64,000 nt of DNA from an uncultured Gemmatimonadaceae bacterium (GTDB taxonomy: Bacteria; Gemmatimonadota; Gemmatimonadetes; Gemmatimonadales; Gemmatimonadaceae): NCBI GenBank assembly GCA_963740355.1, contig CAVUDW010000003.1, positions 1,536,001-1,600,000 of the forward strand, written 5' to 3'. Every line of letters begins with the position of its first letter. Position 1 is the first letter of the stretch. Below are positions 42,428 through 51,622 of the stretch, piece after piece. The notes below the pieces were generated by a model. It did no database searches. It saw only the letters and a list, made by a program, of their open reading frames with translations, and was not told the origin of the DNA. The position numbers and the translations under genes are program-made.

Positions 42428-43153
42428 ATGTCCCGTACTGCCATCCGCCGCGCGTTCCTGTCGGCGGCGCTGGTTGTTCCGACTGCACTCTTCGCCCAGA
42501 AGCCGAGCGCGCAGTCGATCTTCGATAAACATGCGGCCGCCGTTGGTGGCGTCGCTGCGTTCAAGGCAGCAACTGCCCGCACAGAGATTGGCACCGCCGA
42601 CATCACGTTCGCTGGCGTCAGCGCCGGATACGAGCGCAAGGTCGCTGGCGGCAAGATGCTGATGACGATCGACGTGGCAGGCTTCGGGCAGGTCGTGCAG
42701 GGCTTTGACGGCACCATCGCGTGGGCGATGGATCCGCAGTCCGGTGCACGCAAGATGGATCCGGCAACCGCAGCCGATGCAGCATCGAGCACGTCGCCGA
42801 CGGCAGGCCTGTGGGAAGCTGGTAGCTACACGAGCGCGGAAGTGCTCGAGGCCGCAGACTTCGAAGGCACGAAGGTCTGGCCCGTGAAGGTCGTCAGCAA
42901 GAGCGGCAAGTCACGCATCGTCTACTACAGCCAGGAGACGGGCCTCAAGGTCGGCGAGGTGATCCAGCAGGATGGCGCCGAGCAGAAGGTCGTGTACGCC
43001 GACTACAAGCCGTTCGGTGCATTGAAGGTGCCCACCAAGGTCACGCAGGGTACGCCGAATGGTGACATCGTGCTCAACATCACCGCGGTCAAGTTCGACC
43101 CGATCGATGCGGCTGCATTCGCGCTGCCTGACGCAGTGAAGGCGCTGCCGTAG
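42428..43153 (+). CDS. Secreted hypothetical protein (LolA-like/DUF620-like)
   Basis: Signal peptide; GFDGTIAWAMDP; YADYKPFG; GGAG RBS. Confidence 0.75.
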   Translation: MSRTAIRRAFLSAALVVPTALFAQKPSAQSIFDKHAAAVGGVAAFKAATARTEIGTADITFAGVSAGYERKVAGGKMLMTIDVAGFGQVVQGFDGTIAWAMDPQSGARKMDPATAADAASSTSPTAGLWEAGSYTSAEVLEAADFEGTKVWPVKVVSKSGKSRIVYYSQETGLKVGEVIQQDGAEQKVVYADYKPFGALKVPTKVTQGTPNGDIVLNITAVKFDPIDAAAFALPDAVKALP

Positions 43154-43180
43154 TCTGGTGTTGCGGTTCGTACCTGAAAG

Positions 43181-43224
43181 AACAGCGGGGCCGGCTTCGC
43201 GAGAATGCCGGCCCCGCTGTTTTG
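43181..43224. terminator. Bidirectional terminator between convergent genes
   Basis: AACAGCGGGGCCGGC...GCCGGCCCCGCTGTTTT. Confidence 0.85.
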
Positions 43225-43237
43225 CACGATGCGCCCG

Positions 43238-44578
43238 CTATTCGGTGTCGTCCGGCGCGTGCAGGTGTTCGAGTCGTCGCAAGGTCGGCGACAGCACCGC
43301 CATCGACAGCACGACGACGATCGTCACCACGCCGCCCATCAGCACACTGTTGACCGCGCCGAACAATCGTGCCGTCAACCCACTTTCGAAGGCGCCGATT
43401 TCATTTGCGCTGCCGATGAAGATCGAGTTCACGGCCATCACGCGTCCCATCACGTGCGGCGGCGTGCGTGCCTGCAGCAGCGTAGACCGGATCACCACGC
43501 TGATGCCGTCAACCGCGCCACCCATCGCCAGCAGTGCGCAGCTGAGCCAGACATTTCGCGACAGGGCGAAGCCGATGATGCTCAGTCCCCACGCGAACAC
43601 GGCCATCAACAGGGTGCGGCCGGCCCGTCGCATCGGCGGCTGGTGCGCCAGCAGCAACGCCATGCACACCGCACCGACCGCCGGCGCTGCGCGCAGGTAG
43701 CCAAGCCACTCGGGCGAGACATGCAGGACAGTCTTCGTGAACACTGGCAGCAGCGCGGTCGCGCCGCCGAACAACACGGCAAACATGTCGAGCGAGAGTG
43801 CGGCCAGCACCAACTTGTCGCGCAGCACGAACCGGACGCCTTCGAGGATGCCGGCACCCGCGCTCGATGCCGCAACTACGCTTGGCTCGCGACGAGGCGC
43901 GGTCACAGCCGCCATCGCCCACCACGCAAGCAACAGCAGCGCGAACGTCACCGAGTACGTCGCCGTCGGGCCCGCAAAGGCGAAGATCAATCCACCAATT
44001 GCCGGACCGAGCACCGACGCGAATTGCCAGATCGAACTGCGCCAGGTGGCAGCGTTCGCGTACAGCGATGCCGGCACGATCATCGTCCCGAGGGCCTGCC
44101 GCGCCGGCTGCAGGATTGCGCGTGACACGCCAGACACGGCCAGCACCGCGTAGATCGCCATCGGCGACGACCACGCCGTGGACCCGATCGTTCGCGCGCC
44201 AGCGCCCTCACCACTCGTCATGTGAAGCGCAAACGTCATCGCGAGAAACAACGCGGCACAGAGCACGAGAACCACGATCCCGAGCAGTGCCAGTCGTTTG
44301 CGATCGTAGCGATCAGCCCAGTGTCCCGCAGGCAGTGACAGCGCCAGGAAGGGGAGCACTTCCGCCAGGCCTGCAAGGCCCAGCGCGAGTGGATCGTTCG
44401 TTGCCGCATACAACTGCCACGCGACGGCAATGCCCTGGATCTGTACACCGACCGTCATCGCCATCAGGCTGATGACGAACCACCGAAACGCCGGCACGCG
44501 CAACGCGCCGTAGGGGTCGTGCTTGGGCGTCGGCGGCAAGCCCCCTGCCGTGATGCCGGTATTGTCGCTGTCGCTCAA
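43238..44578 (-). CDS. MFS transporter (EntS/DHA3-like)
   Basis: GHWADRYDRKR, LGPAIGG, RGRV-like MGRVMAVNS; TTG start overlaps the upstream stop. Confidence 0.9.
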   Translation of the reverse strand: MSDSDNTGITAGGLPPTPKHDPYGALRVPAFRWFVISLMAMTVGVQIQGIAVAWQLYAATNDPLALGLAGLAEVLPFLALSLPAGHWADRYDRKRLALLGIVVLVLCAALFLAMTFALHMTSGEGAGARTIGSTAWSSPMAIYAVLAVSGVSRAILQPARQALGTMIVPASLYANAATWRSSIWQFASVLGPAIGGLIFAFAGPTATYSVTFALLLLAWWAMAAVTAPRREPSVVAASSAGAGILEGVRFVLRDKLVLAALSLDMFAVLFGGATALLPVFTKTVLHVSPEWLGYLRAAPAVGAVCMALLLAHQPPMRRAGRTLLMAVFAWGLSIIGFALSRNVWLSCALLAMGGAVDGISVVIRSTLLQARTPPHVMGRVMAVNSIFIGSANEIGAFESGLTARLFGAVNSVLMGGVVTIVVVLSMAVLSPTLRRLEHLHAPDDTE

Positions 44579-46284
44579 GCGACGGTCGAACCGCGCAGCG
44601 TCTCGAGTCGATCCTCGACCAGCCCGACGAGTTCGCGCATACCGTCGGCATCGAAGATCAGCCGTGCACCGGCCGCCGCGTACAGCTCGGGTAACCCGCG
44701 CGTGCCACCGAGTCGCAACGCCGCCTTGTACCCCGCCAGCGCCCCTTCGGGATCGGTCAGGCTGCGCTTCCAGATCTGGAGCGCACCGAGCTGCGCGATC
44801 CCGTATTCGATGTAGTAGAACGGCAACTCGAAGATGTGCAACTGCCGATACCAGCGCGCGGTGCGCTCGCGATCGAGCCCGGACCAGTCCACACCCGACT
44901 CGAATCGGTTGCGCAGTGCCAGCCACGCCGCGTCACGTGCATCGCGATCGTGCCCCTTGCCGCTGGTGTAGATCCAGCGCTGAAAGGCATCGACGCTGGC
45001 GATGTGCGGCAACGCGAGCAACACATCCTCGAGATGCGCTGCCTGCGCTCGACGCGCCTGATCCGGCGTGTAGTAGCCCACCGGCAATGCGAACAACGGC
45101 GCCGCCAGCAGCTCCATCGACATACTCGCCAACTCTGCCGCTTCCGAGCCTGTGCCACGCTGCCAGATCAACTCCTGGTTCGACGCCAGGTAGGCGTGGA
45201 AGCAATGCCCCGCTTCATGCACCAGCGTCGTCACGTCATCCGACACACCAACGGCGTTCATGAACACGAACGGCTGCTTGCGATGGTGCAGCGTGGTGCA
45301 GTATCCGCCCGGCGCCTTGTTCGGCCGACTCTCGAGATCGAGCAGCCCGTCGCGCGCCATGTCGGCAAACCGGCCACCAAGCTCGGGATCGAGCGCCGAG
45401 AAGAGTCGGCTGCTGGCCGCGACGAATTCTGCGGCGTCGCGAAACGGGCGCAGCGGTGCGAGACCATCAGGGTCCACCGCCAGGTCCCACGGCCGCAACG
45501 CCTCGACACCGAGGCGCTCACGTCGATACGCATGCACGCGGGCCGCGGCCGGCGTGACGACCTCCGCGACGGCATCGTGAAATCGCGCGACATCATCGGC
45601 GGTGTAGTCGTAGCGATGTTTCGCTGCGTACGAGAACGCCTGGAAGTCGTCGAAGCCGGATTCGCTGGCCACATCCTGTCGCAGTTCGAACATCCGATCG
45701 AACAACTCCGACATTTCATCGCGATGCGCCAGATAGGCATCGGCGCCGGTACGAAACGCGCGTTCGCGAGCACTGCGATCGTCGGACTCCAGCAGCGGCT
45801 GCAACTGCGGAATCGTGAGCGTGCGCCCGTCGATCTCGACACTCAGGCCGCCAGCGATCTTCTGGTAGGCAGCACTCAGTTCCTCGATCTGTGCGAAGCG
45901 CGGCACGTTAGCGGCGCGAAAGATCGAGACCGTGGTCCGGAACTCACGCAGGAGCGTCGCGATGTCGGCATCGTCGATGCCGGTTGCGATCAACAACTCG
46001 GCGAGGCCGGTCTGTCGCGCCTCGACGTTCGGCTGGATCTCGGTCACGAAGCGCAGGTATCGCGCCTCGGCCGCTGCATCAGCGGTGTTGCCGGTGTACG
46101 CGATCAGCGCCTGTGACGCCGCTTCATTCACCATCTCCTCGAGCAGCGACCACTGACGCAGCCAGGCGCGCGCCGTGCTGCGCGTGGGGGCATCCGCCGC
46201 CAACCCGTCATAGTAGGCGGCGATCTCCGGCCAGGTGGCGTCAGCGAGATCGGCCGGCGAATTCGGCAGCGAGTGCGGCATCAC
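44575..46284 (-). CDS. M3 family oligoendopeptidase F
   Basis: KAPGGYC, HEAGH, AELASMSME, HIFELPFYYIEY. Confidence 0.95.
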   Translation of the reverse strand: MMPHSLPNSPADLADATWPEIAAYYDGLAADAPTRSTARAWLRQWSLLEEMVNEAASQALIAYTGNTADAAAEARYLRFVTEIQPNVEARQTGLAELLIATGIDDADIATLLREFRTTVSIFRAANVPRFAQIEELSAAYQKIAGGLSVEIDGRTLTIPQLQPLLESDDRSARERAFRTGADAYLAHRDEMSELFDRMFELRQDVASESGFDDFQAFSYAAKHRYDYTADDVARFHDAVAEVVTPAAARVHAYRRERLGVEALRPWDLAVDPDGLAPLRPFRDAAEFVAASSRLFSALDPELGGRFADMARDGLLDLESRPNKAPGGYCTTLHHRKQPFVFMNAVGVSDDVTTLVHEAGHCFHAYLASNQELIWQRGTGSEAAELASMSMELLAAPLFALPVGYYTPDQARRAQAAHLEDVLLALPHIASVDAFQRWIYTSGKGHDRDARDAAWLALRNRFESGVDWSGLDRERTARWYRQLHIFELPFYYIEYGIAQLGALQIWKRSLTDPEGALAGYKAALRLGGTRGLPELYAAAGARLIFDADGMRELVGLVEDRLETLRGSTVA

Positions 46285-46407
46285 GGCAGAGCGAGCGGAA
46301 GTGACTCAGGGCTCAGGCGGCCTCAGGCGAGCAGTGCCGCACCGAGATTCCCGATGGCTCCGGCGTCGTCGCCGTGCCGTACTCGGAGCATTCTACCCGC
46401 CCCAACC

Positions 46408-46725
46408 TCAGGCGCGTACCCCTGCGCTCCCGGCAGCCAGCCACGAGGGCGTCCGCGCCGTGACGGCCGCCAGGCGATGCCGCAGTTCCGACGGCAAAGA
46501 CGCTGCGCCTCGGGCGTCCGCTTCCTGCACCAACCGAATGGCCCGCGACTGTGCCGCAAAGGCTTCCAGCAGCGCCGTGGCGGCACCAGGCACCTCCAGC
46601 GCCTGCCGCATCAGCATCTCCAGCGTCAGGTCGGCATTGACCAGATGTGCGCGCAGCGGCGCAATCTCGTCCTGGGGCTGCTGGGTTGCATCGGTCAGCT
46701 GAACTGCTTGGAGCGGCAAAGCCAC
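46408..46725 (-). CDS. Small hypothetical protein
   Basis: GGAG RBS before GTG; helical composition; fills the gap between genes. Confidence 0.5.
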   Translation of the reverse strand: MALPLQAVQLTDATQQPQDEIAPLRAHLVNADLTLEMLMRQALEVPGAATALLEAFAAQSRAIRLVQEADARGAASLPSELRHRLAAVTARTPSWLAAGSAGVRA

Positions 46726-46898
46726 GTCACGTTCTCCACACGGTGGGCGTCGGTCCAGTGTTGCCTGGAAGCACGACGATGGGTTATATGTTTCACTACG
46801 CACATTCTTTACCTGCCTGCGACCTCACCGCGACGCGCAACTCCAAGTGCCGTCGCAACTTGGTGAAGTACACCGAGGCATCCGGAGGGCCTGACGCT

Positions 46899-47783
46899 GT
46901 GACGCACGCTTCACACGCGATCTTCCCCGCGCCGCCCGCGAGCGGAGCGGACCTCGTCGATCGGCACTGGGCGGTTGACGCCATGCCGATCGCGCAGCGT
47001 CTCGCGACCCTCGCCGCCGCCGAAAAAGCGACCGTCCCCCTCACGGACTCTGGGCTTCGCGAGTCCGCGAACACGCTCGCGACCGCCTACGAACTCGCGG
47101 CGCTGCTTGGACGCGACGCCCTCCGCTCCGGATCGCCCAACACCACTGCGAGCCTCGAGCGAGCGGCGCTGCGCGTCGGTGCCGAGCGCGCCAACCTGCT
47201 GCACCGGGCCATCGGGCTGCAGCCCGGTACCGACTCGGAGGGCCTGCTGCGGCACGCGGTGCGCCTCTGTGCCCTCGCTGCGGTTGCCGGGCCCACGTGT
47301 GTGGCTCACACGCGTAGCTGGCTGCAGGCGGGCCCGGTGGCTGACCGCCTCGAGCAGGCCGCGAAGCACCAGCCCAACCCCGCCGAGGAGATGTCGCCAC
47401 AGGCGGCCGCGCCGCTCTGGCGCATCTGGCGTCATCTCCTGCTGCATCCCGACACGGCGACCCTCGAACAGCTGGTGAACGACCTCGCCGCCCTCCGCGA
47501 ACTGCGGCACGGCGTGACCGACCTCTCGCCGAGCACCAACGAGACGGAGCTCCGGCTTCGCTTTCAACAGTTCGTGCGGGAGCGGCTGGCCGACGCCGCC
47601 GGCCTCCTCGCCATCGGACTGCGTGGACGCGCCAATCCGACGACCATCGCGACCGAGATCACGGCGCAGTGCACCGCGGCCCGCTCGGCGTCCACCGGTG
47701 ATCCCAACCTCGACCTGCTGGCCGCCTGGCTCGAGCTCGCGGCGCTCACGACCCTCGCCCCGCAACTGACGGCGTCCCGCTGA
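46899..47783 (+). CDS. All-helical hypothetical protein
   Basis: GGAGG RBS before GTG; GC3-rich codons; HWAV, AYELAA motifs. Confidence 0.7.
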   Translation: MTHASHAIFPAPPASGADLVDRHWAVDAMPIAQRLATLAAAEKATVPLTDSGLRESANTLATAYELAALLGRDALRSGSPNTTASLERAALRVGAERANLLHRAIGLQPGTDSEGLLRHAVRLCALAAVAGPTCVAHTRSWLQAGPVADRLEQAAKHQPNPAEEMSPQAAAPLWRIWRHLLLHPDTATLEQLVNDLAALRELRHGVTDLSPSTNETELRLRFQQFVRERLADAAGLLAIGLRGRANPTTIATEITAQCTAARSASTGDPNLDLLAAWLELAALTTLAPQLTASR

Positions 47784-47962
47784 GCGGAAACCCACCCCGC
47801 CCGGCACGACTGTCAGTGTTTCATCCTGCGGTGGCTGTGGCGCTGGCATGACCCACGATCCTCACCTGCGACAAGACGAATTCGTTCTCGCGACCAGCGC
47901 CGACCGCGTGGGAACAAGCGTACACTCCGCCCGCGTCCCTCACAATCCCGAACAAACACCAC

Positions 47963-48066
47963 GTAAGTCGTTGTGGGAATTGTGGATACGTTATCCACGC
48001 AGGTGTGGACAAACGCGCCAAGTCGTGATCTGACAAGCACGTCCGCGCTGTCGACCGTGTGGAAAT
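47963..48066. promoter_or_regulatory. DnaA-box cluster with adjacent IHF-like site
   Basis: TGTGGGAAT 47972, TGTGGATAC 47981, TTATCCACG 47991, TGTGGACAA 48004, TGTGGAAAT 48058; GTAAGTCGTTG 47963. Confidence 0.7.
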
Positions 48067-48156
48067 CGCCACGGTGCGCGTGCACTATTTTCGAACCACC
48101 CGGCCGCACGCCAGCGGCGCCTCGTGTTCTCTCCCCACCGCGCGGTTGGCTTCGCG

Positions 48157-51009
48157 ATGTCGTCGCTGGACGCCTCTACCTCCGAACAGCCGATTCCGGC
48201 CTTCCTCGTCACGCGCTTCGCGCGCGGGCGGTTGCTGCTGTGGATCGTGCTCAGCGCCGTCGCCGCGCTGGTCAACCCGGAGTTGCTGCAACGGCTACCG
48301 CGCTGGGTCTTCACGATCTGGGCGACGTGGATCGCCATTAGTTCCCTGCTCGTCATTGCGCTGGAGTACGTCCTCAAGCCGATCCGACGGCATTGGCTCG
48401 ATGCACTGCAGGCCAGCATCGACCTCCCCGTCATAGCGCTCCTGACGTGGTACGCGGGCGCTGGTGCATACCTGCTGGCGCCCTGCCTCGCCATCCCGAT
48501 GGCCTCGGCCACTGGCTGGTTGCCGAAGCGCCCTGCGATCATGGTCGCCGTCGCGACCGAGCTGACGATGCTGGCAGTGATCATCCTCGTCGCCAGCGGC
48601 ACGGTCGTCCCGACACCGATCAGCAGTGGTGCCGGTGGTCCGAGCCGAACCTTCCTGCTGATGGTCCTCGCCGTCCAGGCGGGGTCGCTGGCCACCATTG
48701 CCTATCTCCAGTTCTCCGCCGTGCGCGTCGCACGTGATCGGCGTGATCGCTGGCAGCGTCTCTTCGATGGCGCGCCCGATTCGATCTTCGTCCTCGATCG
48801 CAACGCGAACGTGGTGCGCATGAACGCCGCCGCGCGGCGCGTCACCGGCTATTCCGACGCCCAGATGCGCGAGGGACGGCTGGCCCGGTTCACCGCGGCC
48901 GAGGACCGCGAACGCGCCATGCAGCAGGTCAATCGCGCGCTCAATGGCGAGAACTCCACCTACGAAGCGCGCGGCGTGCGTGCCGATGGCTCACTGGCCC
49001 ACGTGCTGGTGTCGAATGCGCCGCTGGTCGAGGATGGCGTCGTCACCGGTGTGCTGAGCATCGTGCATGACATGACCGACATCCGTCGCGCCGAAGAGGA
49101 ACGTCGGCAGATGGAACAGTCGCTCGACCAGCATCGCAGACTGCTGCAAAGCATCGTGTCCACGGTCCCGACGTACCTCTACGTGCTCGACCTGCGCCTG
49201 CGGCATGTCACGTTCGCCAATGACGCGTTGCTCCAGATGCTCGGCAAGTCGCTCGAGCAGCTCGCGCAGATGCCGCGCGATGAGCTGTTTGCGCTCTACC
49301 ATCCGGATGACATCACCGCGATGCAGCAGGCGGCGCGCAGCATGCGCACGTCGAGTGTCTCGAAGGTCGACATGACCTATCGACTGCTCGGTGCCGACGG
49401 CGAATGGCGTTGGCTGAGCGACCGCATGACGGTCTTCGAGCGCGATGCCGACGGCACCGTCACGCGACTCCTCGGCTCCGCAATCGACGTCACGGAACAG
49501 CGGCGAGTGAGCGCGCAGCTGCGTTTCAGTGATGAGCTCTATCGCACACTGATCGAGAACTATCCCGGTGGCGCGGTGCTGCTGTTCGATCGTGATGCAC
49601 GCCTGCTGCTGGCTGCGGGCCGCGGCCTGCGCGATGCAGGTCTCGACGCGCCGGACATCCTCGGTGAGCCGTTCGGTCACACGCTCGATGCCCACACGGC
49701 GGCCATCCTGCAGCGCCGCTGCCGGGCCGCCCTCGATGGCAACGAACAACAGTTCGAACTCAAGCTCGGCGAGAAGACCTACGATGTTCGCGCCGTGCCA
49801 GTGCGCGACGCGGACGGAACGATTCGTTTCGGTATGGCGCTGACGCTCGATGTCACGGAACGCCGCCGGCTCGAGGCCGACGTCAGGCAGTCGCAGAAGA
49901 TGGAAGCGGTCGGCACGCTCGCCGGTGGCATCGCACACGACTTCAACAACATTCTCGCCAGTGTCATCGGGTACGCCGAGTTGGCCATGCTGGACGCCGA
50001 GTCGGAGGAATTGCAGGCGGACCTGCACCAGGTGCTGACGGCGGCCGCGCGCGGTCGGCAGATGGTGCAGCGCATCCTCGCCTTCAGCCGGCGGAGCGGC
50101 GAGGAGCTACATCCGGTGGAACTCGAGCCGATCGTCTCCGAGACGCTTCGCCTGCTGCTGCCGACGCTGCCGCCAGGAGTCACGATCGACCTGCACGACG
50201 AAGAACGTGTACCCGCCGTACTTGGCGATGCAGGGCAACTGCACCAGGTGATCCTCAACCTCTGCGGCAATGCGATCTACGCCATGCGCGAGACGGGCGG
50301 TACACTCACGGTGCGCCTGCTGCGGAGTGAGACGCTCGGCCAATCGTATCTGCGGCTGGAGGTCAGCGACAACGGCAGCGGGATGTCGCCCGAAGTGCTG
50401 GAGCGTGCGCTGGATCCCTTCTTCACTACCAAGCCACCCGACGAAGGCACCGGCATGGGCCTCGCGATGGTGCACGGCATCATCACGGGCATGGGGGGCA
50501 TCTTCCGCCTCGAGTCGGTGCTGCACCGCGGCACCACGGCGATCATCGAGCTGCCGGCGGACATCGGCCGTCCGTCGCCCTCCACACCACTGGGTGCGGT
50601 CGGTGCAGTGCCCAACGGCACCGAGCGCGTGATGGTGGTGGACGATGAACCCGCGGTTGCGGCCTTCCTCGCCAATGCGCTGGCACGATTCGGGTATCGC
50701 ACCAGCACGTTCACCAGCGCCGAGGCCGCGCTCGAGCAGCTGCGCGACGAGACGGAGCACTACGACTTGTTGATCACCGACATGACGATGCCGCGCATGT
50801 CGGGTGAGGATCTCCTGCGCGAGGCATTGCGAGTGCGACCGGAGTTGCCGGTGGTGGTGTGTACCGGCTACAGCGCCAGCATGACCCCGGAGCGCGCCTA
50901 CGAACTCGGCGCGTCGGGCTATCTCAACAAGCCGCTCTCGGTGAACGAGCTGGCGCTGCAGATCCGCCGCATCCTCGACCTCGACGCCTCGGCCGTCCGC
51001 GACTCCTGA
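48157..51009 (+). CDS. Hybrid sensor histidine kinase (TM, 3 PAS, HisKA, HATPase, REC)
   Basis: GGIAHDFNN, NLCGNA, DNGSGM, GTGMGL; VVDDE and ITDMTMP receiver. Confidence 0.95.
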   Translation: MSSLDASTSEQPIPAFLVTRFARGRLLLWIVLSAVAALVNPELLQRLPRWVFTIWATWIAISSLLVIALEYVLKPIRRHWLDALQASIDLPVIALLTWYAGAGAYLLAPCLAIPMASATGWLPKRPAIMVAVATELTMLAVIILVASGTVVPTPISSGAGGPSRTFLLMVLAVQAGSLATIAYLQFSAVRVARDRRDRWQRLFDGAPDSIFVLDRNANVVRMNAAARRVTGYSDAQMREGRLARFTAAEDRERAMQQVNRALNGENSTYEARGVRADGSLAHVLVSNAPLVEDGVVTGVLSIVHDMTDIRRAEEERRQMEQSLDQHRRLLQSIVSTVPTYLYVLDLRLRHVTFANDALLQMLGKSLEQLAQMPRDELFALYHPDDITAMQQAARSMRTSSVSKVDMTYRLLGADGEWRWLSDRMTVFERDADGTVTRLLGSAIDVTEQRRVSAQLRFSDELYRTLIENYPGGAVLLFDRDARLLLAAGRGLRDAGLDAPDILGEPFGHTLDAHTAAILQRRCRAALDGNEQQFELKLGEKTYDVRAVPVRDADGTIRFGMALTLDVTERRRLEADVRQSQKMEAVGTLAGGIAHDFNNILASVIGYAELAMLDAESEELQADLHQVLTAAARGRQMVQRILAFSRRSGEELHPVELEPIVSETLRLLLPTLPPGVTIDLHDEERVPAVLGDAGQLHQVILNLCGNAIYAMRETGGTLTVRLLRSETLGQSYLRLEVSDNGSGMSPEVLERALDPFFTTKPPDEGTGMGLAMVHGIITGMGGIFRLESVLHRGTTAIIELPADIGRPSPSTPLGAVGAVPNGTERVMVVDDEPAVAAFLANALARFGYRTSTFTSAEAALEQLRDETEHYDLLITDMTMPRMSGEDLLREALRVRPELPVVVCTGYSASMTPERAYELGASGYLNKPLSVNELALQIRRILDLDASAVRDS

Positions 51010-51128
51010 GGCGAACGGAGTCGCCGCGAGCAACGGCCGTTCATGGAGAGTTCTCTATGCGGTCAGCGCTTGAGACTTCGTGGGGTCGGAGTCCTTGAAC
51101 ACGTTCGCGCGGCTGCGCCGCTGTCGAC

Positions 51129-51419
51129 CCACACGTCCTCACGCGGAGGCGCGGAGAACCGCGGAGCCGCGGAGCTTTCGCGCGCGGCAGCCAGCTTTTG
51201 CGTGGCGCGGAGGATGAACTGCAGGGGAACTGCGCTCGCGAGCACACCGCGAGCACCCGGTAGCAGCCCGCCCTCCCAAAAACTTTGCCTCGCGGGCCGA
51301 CACCCTAAAAAGCAGTTGCAGTTGCCCGTCGCCCGATGTTGACCCCTCCGCCGCCAAAGGCGTCGAGTGCTGTTCTCCGCGCCTCCGCGTCCCCCGCGCC
51401 TCCGCGTGAGGGAGTGTGG
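51129..51419. repeat. Long inverted-repeat element (REPIN/MITE-like)
   Basis: ~45-bp imperfect inverted repeats with CTCACGCGGAGGCGCGGAG core at 51129-51174 and 51375-51419. Confidence 0.75.
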
Positions 51420-51549
51420 ACCAGCGCCGCCGGAGGCGTCGAACGCCGTCTCCAGCCCCCCGGGTGAGGAAGCGTGGACTAGTCGAACGCCGTCTGCAGC
51501 GTCCCGGCGTGAGGGAGTGTGGACCGAAGCCGCCGAAGGCGTCGAACGC
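51406..51549. repeat. Degenerate tandem repeats
   Basis: GTGAGG(G/A)AG(T/C)GTGGAC...GTCGAACGC three times. Confidence 0.7.
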
Positions 51550-51560
51550 GAAGAACTGAC

Positions 51561-51603
51561 GGAAAAGCAGAAGGGGGCACCTCCTTGCGGAGGTGCCCCC
51601 TTC
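51561..51603 (-). terminator. Intrinsic terminator of the OmpA gene
   Basis: GAAGGGGGCACCTCC-loop-GGAGGTGCCCCCTTC followed by TGCTTTT on the minus strand. Confidence 0.8.
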
Positions 51604-51622
51604 CTTCCTTCAGACCGATTCC

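Noticed and set aside
46837..46852. Sigma-54 promoter CGGCACTTGGAGTTGC (minus strand)
   Set aside because: GG-to-GC spacing is 11 nt rather than the required 10
47963..48066. Firm call as oriC
   Set aside because: No dnaA, dnaN, gidA or parAB context and no evident AT-rich unwinding element; kept only as a DnaA-box cluster
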